Source: an uncultured Spirochaetia bacterium (GTDB lineage: Bacteria > Oederibacteriota > PGYV01 > CAYGHG01). Taken from it: a stretch of DNA of 48,258 bases. The stretch spans positions 1 through 48,258 of the forward strand of contig CAYGHG010000005.1 in NCBI GenBank assembly GCA_964349515.1, written 5' to 3'. The notes under the pieces are model-generated. The model had not been told where the DNA came from. It worked only from the letters and a program-made list of their open reading frames with translations, and ran no database searches. Made by a program: the position numbers and the translations under genes. This document shows, piece by piece, positions 40,201-48,258 of this stretch (its first letter is position 1; every line of letters begins with the position of its first letter).

Positions 40201-43200
40201 AGACTTTAACATAGCTCGTAAGCACCGGCGTATTAGGCCTTACAAATACAGTATTGCTGAAAGCGTACGCGCTTTCAGCAGCATCTGCTGTGTTGAAATC
40301 CGAGCCCGATGCAATTGAGCTGAAATTAAGCGTGCCTGTCGAAGTCATTGAATAAGTCCAGGTAAATACTGCAAAAGCGCCGCCGGCAATATTTGCACTC
40401 ACAGGCACCGGCCCGCTCACAGGAAGGTACGCTGCATCTCCGTATGCTTCAAAACCAACAGGAGCCACACCCGACGCCGCGGCCTGTCCGATATTATTAA
40501 CGGTCATTCTTACTGTCACGATTGAATCCACTCCCGTAATGGAAGGCTGTGCGGTGATTGCCGCGGTAAGTGCCGCAGGAGCCTGTATCAGTACGTTTGT
40601 TGAAACTACGGCAGTTCTTGTCACTTTGCTGTTTATGTCATATGCCCTGATTTCGCTGTTAAGAGTAACGGCACCCGCCGAAGCTGCCGAGAAGGTCCAT
40701 GTAAAGTGCTCTGTACCGCCCGCAGGAATGTTTGCCGGAACCGGCCACAGATTGCCGTCATATACCGCGCTGCCCACGCCTGTTGCCACAGTAGTTACTC
40801 CGTAAGCATATTCAGCTTCCGCGCCGCCCGAGTTTGTAACTGATACCACTACTGTAATCACCTGTCCCACACTCGCCTGGGCAGGCACTGCGAAAGAACC
40901 GGCAGTAAGCGCCGCAGGCTGCTGTACTGTCAGTACATTTGACTGAGACTGAGCCGCGCTGATTGCAACTGATCTTGTATCATCCCAGCCCGAAGCTGAA
41001 ATTGTAAAGTATGCTGTACCGGCAGAAGCAGCCGTATAACGCCATGTGAATGTCCCGTTGGAACCCGCAGGCAGAGAGGCTATAGACGCCGGGTTTGGAC
41101 CGAGTATATAACTCAAATCCGCAGTACCGGTCTTTGCTATTAATGAAGGCGTAATATTACTTGCGTCTCCGGTTCCGTCGTTATTTACAGTCGCTATCAC
41201 GGTTATGTTCTGGCCTATGCTTGCCGCAGCCGGCTGTATTATAAAGGAAGATATGTTAAGCGATGCCGCGTCTTCAACCGTCAGATATGCCGCGTCTTCA
41301 ACCGGCGACACAGGTACAACAGCCGCACTTAACGCGTCAACCGCCGAGGCCGAAGAACTGAAGGTCATGTACCCGGAAGATACTGACTGATATATCCATG
41401 TAAACCTCGCCGAAGCGCCGCCGTTCAAAGTACCTGCAGATGCGGGTACAGGCCCGCTTATGTGGTTAACAACTGCTGTGCCTTCTGTCAGCATAGCCGC
41501 AGGATCAGTGTTTAGCGCAGCAGTATCGCCTGTATTCGTTACGCTGAGTATCAGGGTTATGTACTGGCCCGTGCCGACTGTCGAAGGCTGCGTCATAGAA
41601 AGATTAATCTCAAGCGCAGCCGGCCTGTTTATGGAAACATTGTTGCTTACGGCTTCATTGCTTGTAACCGGCTGCTGGCTGTTTTCATCTGTTCCCTCTG
41701 CGCTTCCGCGGAAGTCAAGAGTCCCCGTGCCTGCCGCCTGATAGGTGAATGTAAATACCCTTGCAGCGCCGCCGGGTATGTTCTGTGCCGCGGGCATTGG
41801 CCCTGCCAATATTGCTCCGCCAAGGCCGTTAATTGAAAGGAACGACGGCAGTACATTCTGCGCTACAGCAGAACCGGTATTTGTTACCGTCATTATTACT
41901 TCAAATACATCGTTAAGGTTAAGCAGCGCAGGCGCGTGAAGCGAAGCAGTCAGCTCTGCAGGGCTTACCACATTGATAAGATTGCTGTTTGCCGCAGCAC
42001 TTGTAACAGTAGCCTTGCTGTAGTAGTTATATGCGGTTACATTACCGTTGACGCCGAGATTGCCGGCCGACATCGCCTTATAAACCCATGTATAGTTTAC
42101 AGTTTCACCGGTCAGCGCTGTGGCGCTTACAGGTTCGGGGCCTGACACTATCTGATATGTGCCTGTACCGAGTTTGATAAATGCATTGGGTTTCATTCCT
42201 TCCGCGGCAGACTCGCCGTTGTTTGAAGCCGACATCACAATGGTAAAGTTCTGGCCCGTACTTACAACAGCAGGCGATACGCTGATTACCTGCGAGAGTA
42301 TCGGAGCGGAATAAACCGTCATTGTATTTGTATCACCGCTTGATATGTCATCGCTTGCGTATATGCCGCTTCTCGCAAGCCCCGTGATTACGCCCGTGCC
42401 CGTGGTTGAGAGAGTCTGATAAATCCATGTAAACCTGTGCACCCCGCCGGAAGGTATATTGGCAGTCGCAGGTGCAGGATTGACAAGCACTCCGGAAGGT
42501 ATCTCGGTATATAGCGTGTCATAAGCCACAGAAGGCGCGGTGACTATGCCCGTATTTGAAACTGTCATAACAACAGTATATCGCTGGTTGACTGAAAGCA
42601 CCCTTGGGAACGCATTTATGTGGCTTAACAGAACCGGTGTATTCGGCTGAACAAGAACCGTGTTTGAAGACGCAATACCGCTGTCAGCGCTGAGCAGGCT
42701 GTTTTCATCATCACCGAGTGCCGCACCGCTGAAGATGAGATTGCCTGTCTGTGCGGCACTGTATGTCCATGTAAAGTATGATGTTGCGCCGCCTGCGACT
42801 GTAGCCGACACCGGCTGAGGCCCGCTAAGAAGCGCTATGGTAAGCGAGGCGCTGCTGCCTGTTACAGAGAGCCCCGCAGGATCAGGCACAACATCTACGG
42901 CTGTTGCCTGCCCCGCATTGTTTACTGCCATAATAACTGTTATTGTGTCGCCCACGCCCGCAATGGCAGGCGCAGCGGTAATTGACGCCGTAAGAGCCGC
43001 AGGGCTCTGTATGAGTACCGCAGGGGCTGTTGCTTTTGCGCTTGTCTTTATGAATGTACTGTTTTCATCCTCGCCATAAGCAGAAGATGTAAGTATTACG
43101 TTTCCTGCTGCAGTTGCCTCATAAGTCCATGTGAACGCAGCCGACGAGCCTCCCGCTATATATGCAGGCAGAGGCGAAGTTAGAAGCGCAAGCGAACCTG

Positions 43201-46200
43201 TTCCGCTTTCTTTTGTGGGTTCTACTGATGTTACATTCACAGCGCCTGCAACGCCGGTGTTATTTACCGTCATCACAGCCGTTACAGTCTGTCCTTCGCT
43301 TACTTTTCCAGGAAGAGCGCTCAAAGAAGCCGTAAGATTGACGGCAGACTGTACTGTTATGACAGCAGATCCCGAATAAGCCGAGTTAATAGTGTTACCC
43401 AGGTTCATGTCAAATCCGCGTGCCGAAGCGCTGACTGATTTAACGCCTTCAGTCGTAGCAGTAAATATCCATGTAATGAATCCTTCATTGGAACCGCCGC
43501 CAAGTATAGACTGATACTGCGGCACAGGACCGCTGATGTTTGCAAATACGGCAGTACCTGCCTGAGTAAAGTTAACAGCTTCAACCCACTGAACATCACC
43601 CTGTCCTACATTTGTAACCGTCATTATTGCCGTTATCTGCTGTCCTATGCTGGCTACAGCCGGGTAAAGAGATACAGCCGAAGTCAGGAATGCGGAGTTT
43701 CTGATCTCAACATTATTACCGGCAGCAGTATTGCTGAATCTGAGTGTGCCGGAATTATTATCAGTACCCTCGGCTGTTGCAGTAAATCTTAGGGTTCCTG
43801 TCGTGCTGGCAGTATATATCCATGTAAATGAAGCTGATGCACCGCCTGCAAGCCCTGCGGCTGACACCGGAACAGGGCCTGATACATAAACCGCATCTGT
43901 ACCTGCTGTTACCTCTTCATCATCAAGGTCAGGAACCCTGACTGCTGAGGCGCCTGCCTGGCCGTTGTTTGTCACAACCGCAATCACAGTCAGCGGATAA
44001 CCCGTGCCTGTCACGGAAGGCAGCGTGGAAATATTAAGGCTTAAAGAAGCTGGAGTCTGTATGGTTATTACAGGGCTGGTTACAACAGCACTGTTGACAT
44101 CAAGCAGGCTGTTTGCATCCCTGCCTGAAGCTCCACCCTGAAGCGCAATCGATCCTGTGCCTGTGGCTTCAAATACCCACTCGTAAACCGCAGAAGTGCC
44201 TGCCGCAATATCCGCGCTTACAGGCAGGGGCCCTGATACTGCCACAGCGCCGCCTGTACCCGACAGGAAAAGTGCGTTTGTGACAGCCACATTTTCAGCC
44301 TCTGCGCCGCCCGTATTTGTAACTACTATTCTTACAGTGAATTCCTCACCCAGATTTACAGTTGCAGGCGCATACATAACCGCTGTAAGAACAGCGGGCT
44401 GTTGTATTACCGTATAATTGCTGTTAACCGAAGCCGAAGTAACAGTTACGTTACTGTACTGAGCATAGGCGGTCACATAATTGTTATACCCTATACTCCC
44501 CGGCCCGGAAGACTCATAAACCCATGTATAGTTAACACTTGTGCCGCTCTGTATTGTATATGACACCGGCTCAGGGCCTGACACATAAACCGCGGTTCCT
44601 GTGCCAAGTTTGACAAGCTGTGCGGGTATGGTGTTTTTAGCATCAGAGGTTCCTGCCGCGTTCTGCACATTCATTACCACCGTTATACGCTGCCCCGTGC
44701 TGACCTGCGCCGGAGATACTGTTATAGCGGCCGTGAGAGAAGACACGGAAATTACATTTATGTCATTTGCTCCCGGGCTTGTTCTTTGCTGGCTCGGATA
44801 AAGCCCTCCGCTTCTAGCAATGCCTGTTATCGTGGAATTAACAGCAGCCGCAGGCGCGCTGTAAATCCAGGTGTACTCCTGATATCCGCCCACAGGTATG
44901 TCGGCAGTTGCAGGAACAGGCCCTGCGTTTAGCAGCACTCCGACAGCGCCTGCAATCGGGTCAGGAACAGTATTAGGCGCGGCAACTATGCCCACATTGC
45001 TGACACCCATTATTACAGTATACGTCTGGTTTGTATTCACTGTGTTCGGGCTGACTGTTATCCAGCTTTCAATCTGCGGCGTAGTATTAAATACATTAAC
45101 CACATTGCTCTGGGCTTCGGCCGAGTTTACGGCAGCAAGCGTGTTTGCGTCCGTGCCTGCCGCAGAAGCCCTAAAAACCGCCGAACCAAGTGTCGTAGGC
45201 TGATACGCCCATGTAAAGTATGCTGACGCGCCTCCCGGTATGTTGTCAGAAACAGGGATCGGCCCGGATACATATATATATGAAGCCAGGTGGTCAATTG
45301 CAAAGCCCTGCGGCGAAACGCCTGCCGCGGCCGCATCACCCGTGTTGGTAACAGACATCACAACCGTTATGGTCGCGTTTACCCCTACCGCCTGCGGGTA
45401 AGCGCTGATTGAAGCTGTCAACTGAGCAGGCCTCTGTATGGTAACAGAATTACTCAGCACAACTGCCGAACTTACTGTTGCTAAGGAATTTTCATCCTGC
45501 CCCTGTACCTGCGAATTAAATACAACTGACCCGGCGGAAGCCGCTGTATAAGTCCATGTGAAGAAGGCCTCTGCGCCCCCTGCTATAGCCTGCGGTGCGG
45601 GAGAGTCAATAAGCACAGCCTGAACTCCCGTCATTACAGGAAGTACCGGGGTAACCGCAAGGGCATCCGCAGTGCCGTTATTTGTAACACTCATGACAAG
45701 CGTTATGGTCTGAGCCGTGTTTACGGCTGCAGGATATGCGGCAAGCGAAGAAACAAGCACAGGAACTGTTTCTATTGTAACCGTATTGGAAACCGACGGC
45801 AGTGAATTTATCGTGGTACCAAGCGCAACATCTGTCCCTGAAGCCGAAGCATTAATGTTAACAATACCCGCAGTTGAAGCGGTGTAAATATAAGTAAATG
45901 CCGCGGAATTTGAGCCGCCGCCGTTTATGGCCTGCGGCGCTGCCGGCACAGGGCCTGAAGAGAAGGCCATATTGCCTGTGCCGCTTAATGAGTTTATTGC
46001 GGCAGTAACATTTGATGCATCTCCCATACCGGTATTTGTCACGGTAACTATTATAGTGACTGTCTGTCCTACGCTCGCAAAAGCAGGCGAGGCAGAGACT
46101 GCGGCGCTTAAGAAAGCCGCGTCAACAATGGCAACATTATTTGAAACGGCGGCCGTGCTCGTAACTCCCAGCAGCGTGTTTGAATCAATACCGGCCGCGC

Positions 46201-48258
46201 GAGCCGTGAAGTTTATGGTGCCTGTCGTATCGGCAGCAAAAACCCAGGTAAAAGCAGCCGATGAACCGCCTGCTATATTCGCAGGCGCGGACGGAATAGC
46301 GCCGGATACCCAATCAGCGTTTCCTCCCGCCACCTGAGCATCGTCTATTTCAATGACTCTTACATTATTTGCGCCGGCCATGCCGGTATTGGTGACGTTT
46401 ACCACAACCGTTATAGGATAACCGGTGCCGGCCGTTGCAGGAATCGCCGAAACAGACGCGCTGAGAGACGCCGGCGTCTGGATATTAAGCGCATTGCTTG
46501 CCGCCTCATTTAAATTCACTGTAATCTGGCTGTTTGTGTCTGTCGCTGAAGCCGTGCCCTTAAACACAACCGAGCCTGAACCGGCCGCAGAATAAGTCCA
46601 TGTAAATACAGCCGAGGCGCCTCCGGCTATATTCGCAGGCAGCCCGAGCGGCCCGTTTATCCTGACCGCTCCGCCGGTACCTTCAACTGTCAGCACGGTC
46701 GGCAGCGCTATGTTGTTCGCCGCTGCCTGTCCGTTATTTGTAACTGTCATCAGAACGGTAATCCACTGCCCGATATTTCTGTACGCAGGCACGCTGATTG
46801 ACGCAGCCAAAGATGCCGGCGTCTGGACTGTTACTTCATTGCTGTCGTCAACTTCCGCGGTTATCGTAATCTTACTGTACTGCGCGTAACCTTCAGAATA
46901 CGAGTTGATACCTAGTGTTCCGGCAGTCAGCGCCTTAATAACCCATCTGTAATATTCTGATGCGCCTGCCCCTATAGTATATGTCACAGGCAGCGGCCCG
47001 GACTCAACCGAATATGTTGAAGTACCGAGTTTTACAAGCGCGCCCGGTTTTACGCTTTCAGCGGCGCTAAAGCCTGTATTTGTAACTGACATGACAACAG
47101 TAACGTTCTGCCCCGCGCTTACAGTAGCAGGCATCAGTATTATTTCATTTGCAAGCGAAGGCAGGCCCACAACCGTTATCCTGTTGGTTGTGCCGTCGCT
47201 TAACGGCGTGCTCATCCACGCACCGCTTGTCGCAAGCCCGTCTATAACGGCGTTTCCTGTCGTAACAGAATTGGAAAGATATATCCATGTAAATCTGGCA
47301 AAATCTCCCGGCGCTATGTCTGCAGTCAACGGCGTTACATCCCCCTGCTGCGTGCTGCCAAGAACAGGAAGCAGCGAAGGCGGAGTCACACTTGGCGCAT
47401 TAACTATGCCTTGGTTGCTCACAGTCAGCACCACTGTATACCTCTGGTTCGTATTGACTGTATTGGGATAAACGGCCATATAGCTGTACATCACAGGTGT
47501 ATTCGGCACTATCGGCAGATTCCTGCTCTGTGTCTCTGCAGAATTAACTACAGCGCCTGAATTCCCGTCAAATCCTGAAGCCCGGGCTGTAAACATTATT
47601 GTGCCCTGGTTAACAGCCTGATACACCCATGTAAATGCAGCCGCAGAGTTGCCCAATATGTCTGCTGCAGCAGGCGTCTGAGCAACTGACAAGCCCACTC
47701 TTCCCGCTATATTTTCTATCAGTCTGAATTCCGCAGGAGCCACGTTTACAGCCTCTGCCTGCCCGTCATTTGAAACCGTCATTACAACGGTTATCATGTA
47801 TGTAACGCCGGCTATTTCCGGAGTTATGCTGATTGCCGCAGAAAGCTGCGCAGGCGTCTGAATAACTATATTTTGAGCAGCCGTCTGCACGCTCACTTTG
47901 TATAAATCCGTATTGAGATCATATCCAAATGCCGATGACGTAAATACCGCATTACCCGGCGTCAGTGTATTATATATCCAGGTAAGATTTGCCGACGCGC
48001 CGCCTGCTATCACAACGCTTTCAGGCGATGTAGCAAGCATAAATGTTCCCGTGCCTGCAGATACCGTGGGCGTAACGCCTGAAACTCCGTAAGCCGCGGC
48101 GCTTCCCGTATTTGTAACAGACATGATAACAGTTACCGCGCTGCCTGTGCTTACCTGCAGCGGTGATGCATAAAGCGAAGCAATCAGTGCCGAAGGCTGC
48201 TGTATTAATATCTCAGTTGCCACTCCCGTCGCGCTTATTATTGCGTTTCCTAAATTAA
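34250..48258 (-). CDS. Giant Ig-like repeat surface protein with a FlgD/T9SS-type C-terminal domain, 5'-truncated
   Basis: About 39 ~115-120 aa repeats (GQ.ITV.M.V.NTG...GP.P...FTW.Y...G...F...A.G.D.N) and a C-terminal NSFDP...VYNVAGEKV...WNGR..DG..V.NGLYYV domain. The frame stays open from 48223 to the window edge (..NLGNAIISATGV), so the true start lies outside. Confidence 0.9.
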   Translation of the reverse strand, partial: NLGNAIISATGVATEILIQQPSALIASLYASPLQVSTGSAVTVIMSVTNTGSAAAYGVSGVTPTVSAGTGTFMLATSPESVVIAGGASANLTWIYNTLTPGNAVFTSSAFGYDLNTDLYKVSVQTAAQNIVIQTPAQLSAAISITPEIAGVTYMITVVMTVSNDGQAEAVNVAPAEFRLIENIAGRVGLSVAQTPAAADILGNSAAAFTWVYQAVNQGTIMFTARASGFDGNSGAVVNSAETQSRNLPIVPNTPVMYSYMAVYPNTVNTNQRYTVVLTVSNQGIVNAPSVTPPSLLPVLGSTQQGDVTPLTADIAPGDFARFTWIYLSNSVTTGNAVIDGLATSGAWMSTPLSDGTTNRITVVGLPSLANEIILMPATVSAGQNVTVVMSVTNTGFSAAESVKPGALVKLGTSTYSVESGPLPVTYTIGAGASEYYRWVIKALTAGTLGINSYSEGYAQYSKITITAEVDDSNEVTVQTPASLAASISVPAYRNIGQWITVLMTVTNNGQAAANNIALPTVLTVEGTGGAVRINGPLGLPANIAGGASAVFTWTYSAAGSGSVVFKGTASATDTNSQITVNLNEAASNALNIQTPASLSASVSAIPATAGTGYPITVVVNVTNTGMAGANNVRVIEIDDAQVAGGNADWVSGAIPSAPANIAGGSSAAFTWVFAADTTGTINFTARAAGIDSNTLLGVTSTAAVSNNVAIVDAAFLSAAVSASPAFASVGQTVTIIVTVTNTGMGDASNVTAAINSLSGTGNMAFSSGPVPAAPQAINGGGSNSAAFTYIYTASTAGIVNINASASGTDVALGTTINSLPSVSNTVTIETVPVLVSSLAAYPAAVNTAQTITLVMSVTNNGTADALAVTPVLPVMTGVQAVLIDSPAPQAIAGGAEAFFTWTYTAASAGSVVFNSQVQGQDENSLATVSSAVVLSNSVTIQRPAQLTASISAYPQAVGVNATITVVMSVTNTGDAAAAGVSPQGFAIDHLASYIYVSGPIPVSDNIPGGASAYFTWAYQPTTLGSAVFRASAAGTDANTLAAVNSAEAQSNVVNVFNTTPQIESWITVSPNTVNTNQTYTVIMGVSNVGIVAAPNTVPDPIAGAVGVLLNAGPVPATADIPVGGYQEYTWIYSAPAAAVNSTITGIARSGGLYPSQQRTSPGANDINVISVSSLTAAITVSPAQVSTGQRITVVMNVQNAAGTSDAKNTIPAQLVKLGTGTAVYVSGPEPVSYTIQSGTSVNYTWVYESSGPGSIGYNNYVTAYAQYSNVTVTSASVNSNYTVIQQPAVLTAVMYAPATVNLGEEFTVRIVVTNTGGAEAENVAVTNALFLSGTGGAVAVSGPLPVSADIAAGTSAVYEWVFEATGTGSIALQGGASGRDANSLLDVNSAVVTSPVITIQTPASLSLNISTLPSVTGTGYPLTVIAVVTNNGQAGASAVRVPDLDDEEVTAGTDAVYVSGPVPVSAAGLAGGASASFTWIYTASTTGTLRFTATAEGTDNNSGTLRFSNTAAGNNVEIRNSAFLTSAVSLYPAVASIGQQITAIMTVTNVGQGDVQWVEAVNFTQAGTAVFANISGPVPQYQSILGGGSNEGFITWIFTATTEGVKSVSASARGFDMNLGNTINSAYSGSAVITVQSAVNLTASLSALPGKVSEGQTVTAVMTVNNTGVAGAVNVTSVEPTKESGTGSLALLTSPLPAYIAGGSSAAFTWTYEATAAGNVILTSSAYGEDENSTFIKTSAKATAPAVLIQSPAALTASITAAPAIAGVGDTITVIMAVNNAGQATAVDVVPDPAGLSVTGSSASLTIALLSGPQPVSATVAGGATSYFTWTYSAAQTGNLIFSGAALGDDENSLLSADSGIASSNTVLVQPNTPVLLSHINAFPRVLSVNQRYTVVMTVSNTGIVTAPSVAYDTLYTEIPSGVLVNPAPATANIPSGGVHRFTWIYQTLSTTGTGVITGLARSGIYASDDISSGDTNTMTVYSAPILSQVISVSPAVVSTGQNFTIVMSASNNGESAAEGMKPNAFIKLGTGTYQIVSGPEPVSATALTGETVNYTWVYKAMSAGNLGVNGNVTAYNYYSKATVTSAAANSNLINVVSPAELTASLHAPALLNLNDVFEVIMTVTNTGSAVAQNVLPSFLSINGLGGAILAGPMPAAQNIPGGAARVFTFTYQAAGTGTLDFRGSAEGTDENSQQPVTSNEAVSNNVSINRPAALEINLSMTQPSTVGTGQYITLILSVTNTGDTAALNTDPAAMLTEGTAVVNHISGPVPASAGTLNGGASARFTWIYQSVSSGYMTFSSSASAVDALSAAVVPVSPVEDAAYLTVEDAASLNISSFIIQPAAASIGQNITVIATVNNDGTGDASNITPSLIAKTGTADLSYILGPNPASIASLPAGSNGTFTWRYTAASAGTAYFTISASGWDDTRSVAISAAQSQSNVLTVQQPAALTAGSFAVPAQASVGQVITVVVSVTNSGGAEAEYAYGVTTVATGVGSAVYDGNLWPVPANIPAGGTEHFTWTFSAASAGAVTLNSEIRAYDINSKVTRTAVVSTNVLIQAPAALTAAITAQPSITGVDSIVTVRMTVNNIGQAAASGVAPVGFEAYGDAAYLPVSGPVPVSANIAGGAFAVFTWTYSMTSTGTLNFSSIASGSDFNTADAAESAYAFSNTVFVRPNTPVLTSYVKVSPQALSINQRFTVTLTVSNEGIVNAPAVTPSAPVFTLPVSAVSGSAPAFADIPAFGFTVFTWVYQTTAVTGGGIAGADASSGIYNSDDLSGGVDNAFTVYGPPSLSANTMQIITPPSVYSAGQNITLVMTVNNTGETAAANVAPEMPLVRVGTATAVRISGPLPASAVIPALTGSASFTFVYQTGGSGPLALYGRAAGQDIRTGALYHSVASTSNSIDVETPASLSSVINISGSTLNVGQQVSVFMTVVNSGQADALNVSPGTIYLTDTSTGGMIPPIGPLPVSAAIAGNSSGVFTWVFEATAPGVVVLSGNASGYDENSDIQVHSSMVMSNPVTVQNPASLASSIWAVPAAPEIVKTGQRITVIMSVTNNGGATAVNITPTASVLTVGGTGAASLYSGPVPESAASLAAGASAYFTWVYTSQPPPGMITFGNSASGYDINSGAVISSANSVSNLITIADSAYLVNDISVPQLVVSTGQLVTVILTVTNGGTADTEAPYNVTPVAAVTSFGGAVTLVSAPAAIASMPAASSAYFTWTYSATSAGTLVFSAYTRYHDIDGYKESVPSVSPLVEIQTAMNLVSEIYAPVSANSGQLITVTMIVSNTGGAAANITALNLTLSNEGGAAWGTESGAPALTTIAGGSSQAYQWTYLVSGSGIIYFSGNAVAEDANSLISVPTGYSSRKYVNVQAPASLAIASFNVPAQAAQEQFITITMTVTNTGAGLVNSVAPVLYNDDPALITYLSGPVPGSVQLAGYTAATFTWTYSAAATGTVNFSAGANGTDLNTGAEIQTGPSAERILEITIKQAILAADLIIQPSTVGYNQLFTVRLSVTNTGLYSANNVSADALAWSMPVAGDYLSGTINASSAVVNLIPGQSRVFTWVYRTNNISGTMEFTGRATGTDEINLWTVNSNAAVNSLVIEPPPTLASSIAAWPLVVNIGQAVTIEMTVTNTGASDADNVSPTQLFRVGTGLADPANPPASAATPLSVSLLAGAEATFRWVVTATGNGVVEWNGWATGRDTNTLQTVYSPGNNSNQVLIQNPASLSFYSFAVPRSVSVGQYFNVTMTVSNTGDATALAVAPIGNPFNVVGSGAASTLPLTYNVDIAGGGEHAFIWTYLATGKGAVQLQGRYDGVDANEGNIISTGIKLSVPAIEVEEAAVLASAAKVTPLARYSNQQFTVTLTVTNTAGAVSPVGYGADAVNVLPVIVYESSGVLPPTVNTVSEPMAVTHTVAGNGGARTFTWIFDAVGDGYVSFTMYAQGQDENTGAAVTSPVASSGITIMPSSYLALTMTASPETASTGQHVTVIMDVANAGVPGSVAYDVNPGAITGFSTRFTYVSGPAGMTGVSLVAGAEVSYTWIYAAAQAGTVTFNGTASAFDMGAGTVTSYANTSIIRVQTAGLLSSALVSMPSVVNVGQDFTIITRVTNSLSDPNAAAVNNVSPVYVAAMPPAIAVPVGAAPNPASYASITAQASAEFTWVYTAVGPGVYTFSMRAQGTDNNTLNTVTSNQTALTTISVQTPANLVSTLTTMPPVTLSRTQVITVVLAVNNTGTSAANGVSPVLSYNDNGSGGSAALITPPAAGAISTVSPLTIAGSSTAYFTWTYSATAAGEMTFSAYASGTDAVSLAPVVSNTDDSTITITPPSAVLVSSLAVSALELPVPLGGALTVILTVTNTGIADAAAVTVNMSAPLPAGLVTLNTAPASLIMASLPVGASQRFTWTYTVNTTPDTVNFNAFTEGTNAGTSVYVNTTAVNSVEIRPAGANLGYELVDASPAVIGIGEVITLVVTVSNIGQVDTASVVPVNPVISGTGAVMLLTSPADLTTPLAPNDSATFTWTYSSTGGGNVVFEPGFIWTYNDGGVITKNSTALSNTVFIQYGSTLVSHRDDMYLSTNSFDPKAGESVSVIFTVTQASTFSKLLVYNVAGEKVYEADYGPVSQGILYTQLASWNGRASDGILVTNGLYYVKIKTEGFEQIKLVYVIKK

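Noticed and set aside
34250..48258. DGR target, RTX/T1SS adhesin, or start at GTG 48223
   Set aside because: There is no reverse transcriptase or TR/VR pair and no GGxGxD nonapeptides or T1SS genes. The frame is open to the window edge, so 48223 is not the true start.

Overview
A 48 kb bacterial chromosomal segment in which every credible gene lies on the minus strand. In transcription order (right to left) it holds: a 5'-truncated giant (>4660 aa) Ig-repeat surface protein with a FlgD/T9SS-type C-terminal domain, a PorV-like barrel fused to two FN3 domains, and a membrane GAF-GAF-HD-GYP protein; hisG; a small hypothetical; a Pgi-like protein that has lost its catalytic motifs; DUF1015; rarA; an Omp85-like barrel; a GIY-YIG-like protein and a secreted hypothetical; three SurA/PrsA-type foldases; argC-argJ; a dense cluster of REP-like repeats around a Phd/PIN toxin-antitoxin pair; a Thr-rich beta-propeller lipoprotein; a MORN-repeat protein; an NSS transporter with a small subunit; a DUF151 gene followed by a complete F1Fo operon (atpZ-I-B-E-F-H-A-G-D-C); a lipoprotein; a second PorV-like gene; and the start of a MalK/UgpC-type ABC ATPase. 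The host is a diderm. The PorV paralogues, FlgD-like CTD and TxTxTxT linkers suggest a non-Bacteroidota lineage such as Ca. Goldiibacteriota, but that is inference only. The most notable observations are the giant adhesin/PorV-FN3/HD-GYP operon, the 7-domain super-repeat in the giant protein, the intact but apparently inactive Pgi, two unusual ATP synthase subunits, and the covarying REP hairpins. All calls come from reading motifs by eye; no database searches were run.
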